Below the pieces are notes generated by a model, which saw nothing but the letters and a program-made list of their open reading frames with translations, had not been told where the DNA came from and did no database searches. A DNA stretch of 64,000 nucleotides from Candidatus Aminicenantes bacterium (GTDB lineage: Bacteria; Acidobacteriota; Aminicenantia; Aminicenantales; Saccharicenantaceae). Made by a program: the position numbers and the translations under genes. Shown in pieces: positions 62,194 through 64,000 of this stretch (position 1 is the stretch's first letter; every line of letters starts with the position of its first letter). The DNA is taken from positions 101,386 through 165,385 of the forward strand of contig CAWCND010000015.1 in NCBI GenBank assembly GCA_963796835.1, in the 5' to 3' direction.

Positions 62194-62769
62194 TCACCAA
62201 ATACCAGGGATTAGCTTTTCAGTATGCTTTTGGTACTCCTGATACTCTGGGCCAATAGCGGAAACCAGGGCGGCTTCTTCGACGTGGATACGATACAGCA
62301 GGGCAATCAGCGGGAGACCGAGGGCAATGGCTAAGGACAGCCAGTTCTGGTCAGCAACACCGTAGCCGCAGCACATCAGCAGCAAGCCGCTGTAAGACGG
62401 GTGGCGGATGAATTTGTAAGGACCGCGCTGAACGACCTGCTGGTCATGAGATACCTCAACCGTCGTGCGAAATGAATGGCCCAGTACGACGATTGACCAT
62501 ACTCGCAGAAATGCTCCGGCCAACAAAATGGAAAATCCGAGCCAGAAAACCGCCAGGGTTCTGCCCCCGGGAAACCAGAACCTCGAAATCCCGTTGAGAA
62601 TCCCCGACGCCGTCATGGCAACGGTTATGGCGATGAAATTGATGTAGCGGGTGCCCTTATCTTTGCCCGTTGTACCTTTGCCTTGGAGGCGGTCTCGGAT
62701 AACGAGCGATATTTCGAAGGCGATCCAGAGGGCCGAAATGAAAATGATAAGGCGAGAGTAGGTATTCAT
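62194..62769 (-). CDS. Isoprenylcysteine carboxylmethyltransferase (ICMT/PEMT) family protein
   Basis: LGHSFRTTV; VVQRGPYKFIRHPSYSG; RIHVEEAAL; YQEY..KLIP. Confidence 0.9.
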   Translation of the reverse strand: MNTYSRLIIFISALWIAFEISLVIRDRLQGKGTTGKDKGTRYINFIAITVAMTASGILNGISRFWFPGGRTLAVFWLGFSILLAGAFLRVWSIVVLGHSFRTTVEVSHDQQVVQRGPYKFIRHPSYSGLLLMCCGYGVADQNWLSLAIALGLPLIALLYRIHVEEAALVSAIGPEYQEYQKHTEKLIPGIW

Positions 62770-62927
62770 CGAACCTGCGCCTCCTCAATGTAGCACCCCT
62801 GAAGTGAGATTATCAAGCCTGGGTGCGTTGCCTCGGGCAGGCGCCGATATCCGAGGACTCTCCTCGGCTTCCCTCCGGGCTCCCGGGCGCTGTGACCATC
62901 CGCCCAGATAAGCTATAATCATAGGCG

Positions 62928-63809
62928 ATGGATGACTTCGAGCAATCCTTCGCGCACAATTTCTATTTGACGGAGGAGTACGCCCGGTTCTGTTCGGAGA
63001 TCACGAATATCCCCTTAAAAGAGAGGACCGTTGCGGGCCAGCCTATTCATACCCTGAAAAACAAGAACGTCGCGATCAGCAATTACTCCGACGCGCTCTG
63101 TCGGGAATTCAAAAGGCAGAAGATCACCCATCTCCGCGTCACGCCCGAGCAGAACGACCTGGCCCCCCGCCCTTCCCTCATGGAATACTCCATTTTCCAT
63201 AAGACCACCTACGAAGAGGCCTTCAAGAGATACAGGACGTCCTTCTTCCACGGCCTGAGGGAAGGCAGAAAATTCCCCCACCAGGTCCGCGTCGTCCGCC
63301 GGCCCGACGGCCCGCTCATCCGGGATATCTATCGTATTTACGTGGACCAGATGAAACGTCACAATTCCTACCACTTTCCGTTGTCCTTCTTCGAGACGTT
63401 CCTGGCCAGCCCTTCGGCTCTGTTGTTCCTTATCGAATATCAGCAGCAGGTCATCGCCTACTTCTGCTGTTTCCAACATGAAGACAACATCTACGCTTCC
63501 ATCGGAGGCGGCAACCCGCGCTACTTTTCCCTCAAGAGCTCCAACAAGCTCTATGACGAGCTCATCCGCTACGCGTGTCAGAACGGCCTCACCGTCCATC
63601 TGGGCATCGGAGAACATGCCGCCGGCTACCAGAAGTTCAAACGGAACGCCGGCTTGATCTGCTACAGGGTCGAGAGGTATCCCGACGATGACAACGTGCT
63701 CAGGCTGGCGATCCCGTTCTTAAAGCTCCGGCTGACGGGAAAGGTCCTCGACGTGGCCTCGGCCCTCTTCCCTCACCTCGTCGTCTACATTTCGATGCCG
63801 TTCACGTAA
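62928..63809 (+). CDS. GNAT-fold (FemAB-like) acyl/aminoacyl transferase
   Basis: FFHGLREGRK; YHFPLSFFETF; NKLYDELIRYACQNG..HLG; GYQKFKRNAG. Confidence 0.7.
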   Translation: MDDFEQSFAHNFYLTEEYARFCSEITNIPLKERTVAGQPIHTLKNKNVAISNYSDALCREFKRQKITHLRVTPEQNDLAPRPSLMEYSIFHKTTYEEAFKRYRTSFFHGLREGRKFPHQVRVVRRPDGPLIRDIYRIYVDQMKRHNSYHFPLSFFETFLASPSALLFLIEYQQQVIAYFCCFQHEDNIYASIGGGNPRYFSLKSSNKLYDELIRYACQNGLTVHLGIGEHAAGYQKFKRNAGLICYRVERYPDDDNVLRLAIPFLKLRLTGKVLDVASALFPHLVVYISMPFT

Positions 63810-63813
63810 GCCA

Positions 63814-64000
63814 ATGAAACGCGTTTTCTCCTCCACGGCCCCCCGGATGGCTTTCGGTTTCGTCATGGCCGCCGTCTGCCTTTACTGGGTCTTCCACGGT
63901 ATGGACTGGAGGACGCTCGCCGGGGATCTGAAGGCCATCGACCCGGCCTGGGCCTTGTTCGGCATTTTGCTCGTGGTCCTGAGCTTCGTCTGCCATGGGT
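63814..64000 (+). CDS. Lysylphosphatidylglycerol synthase TM-domain (flippase-like) protein, 3'-partial
   Basis: Manual translation: MKRVFSSTAPRMAFGFVMAAVCLYWVFHGMDWRTLAGDLKAIDPAWALFGILLVVLSFVCHG. Confidence 0.65.
   Translation, partial: MKRVFSSTAPRMAFGFVMAAVCLYWVFHGMDWRTLAGDLKAIDPAWALFGILLVVLSFVCHG

Overview
High-GC bacterial chromosomal window. The gene repertoire (VPS10/BNR protein, M14 and EcxA-type peptidases, class II RNR, DUF3943) suggests an anaerobic Acidobacteriota/Aminicenantes-like organism; this is inference only. About 40 genes can be supported, and most other ORFs in the track are antisense or off-frame shadows. Several blocks (roughly 5.4-8.7, 25.4-29.2, 31.0-31.6, 38.0-40.2 and 47-55 kb) carry many 1-bp indels that split conserved genes and look like long-read consensus errors, not true pseudogenes. 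From left to right: a TPR-CHAT protease (missing from the ORF track, runs off the left edge) and an M61 peptidase, ending at a 5'-half tRNA-Arg(UCG) with tandem repeats, probably an att junction; a TolC/MFP/MdtBC-type RND pump; a VPS10/BNR protein; a DUF3943-PEGA-Kelch cluster; a GT-C plus GT2 pair; a divergent pair of Npt/TLC-like transporters; IorAB-like molybdoenzyme genes; an uncharacterised secreted protein with an NlpC/P60-like Cys/His pattern; mntH; a radical SAM gene with a partner; an M14 peptidase; nrdJ; gamma-CA, HAD and PilZ genes; GH172; a wHTH plus truncated nucleotidyltransferase pair with tandem operators; an alpha-2-macroglobulin next to an EcxA-type metalloprotease; a second Kelch paralogue; a HEAT-serine hydrolase fusion; a divergent GH38-like protein; ICMT, GNAT and LPG-synthase-like genes. 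The most interesting non-annotated structures are a dispersed REP/MITE-like family (core GG[G/T]GACAC...TCATTTCCGAAT) at about 30.8, 42.0 and 46.0 kb, which has been absorbed into reading frames and promoters, and the split tRNA. No CRISPR array, rRNA, integrase or transposase gene was found.
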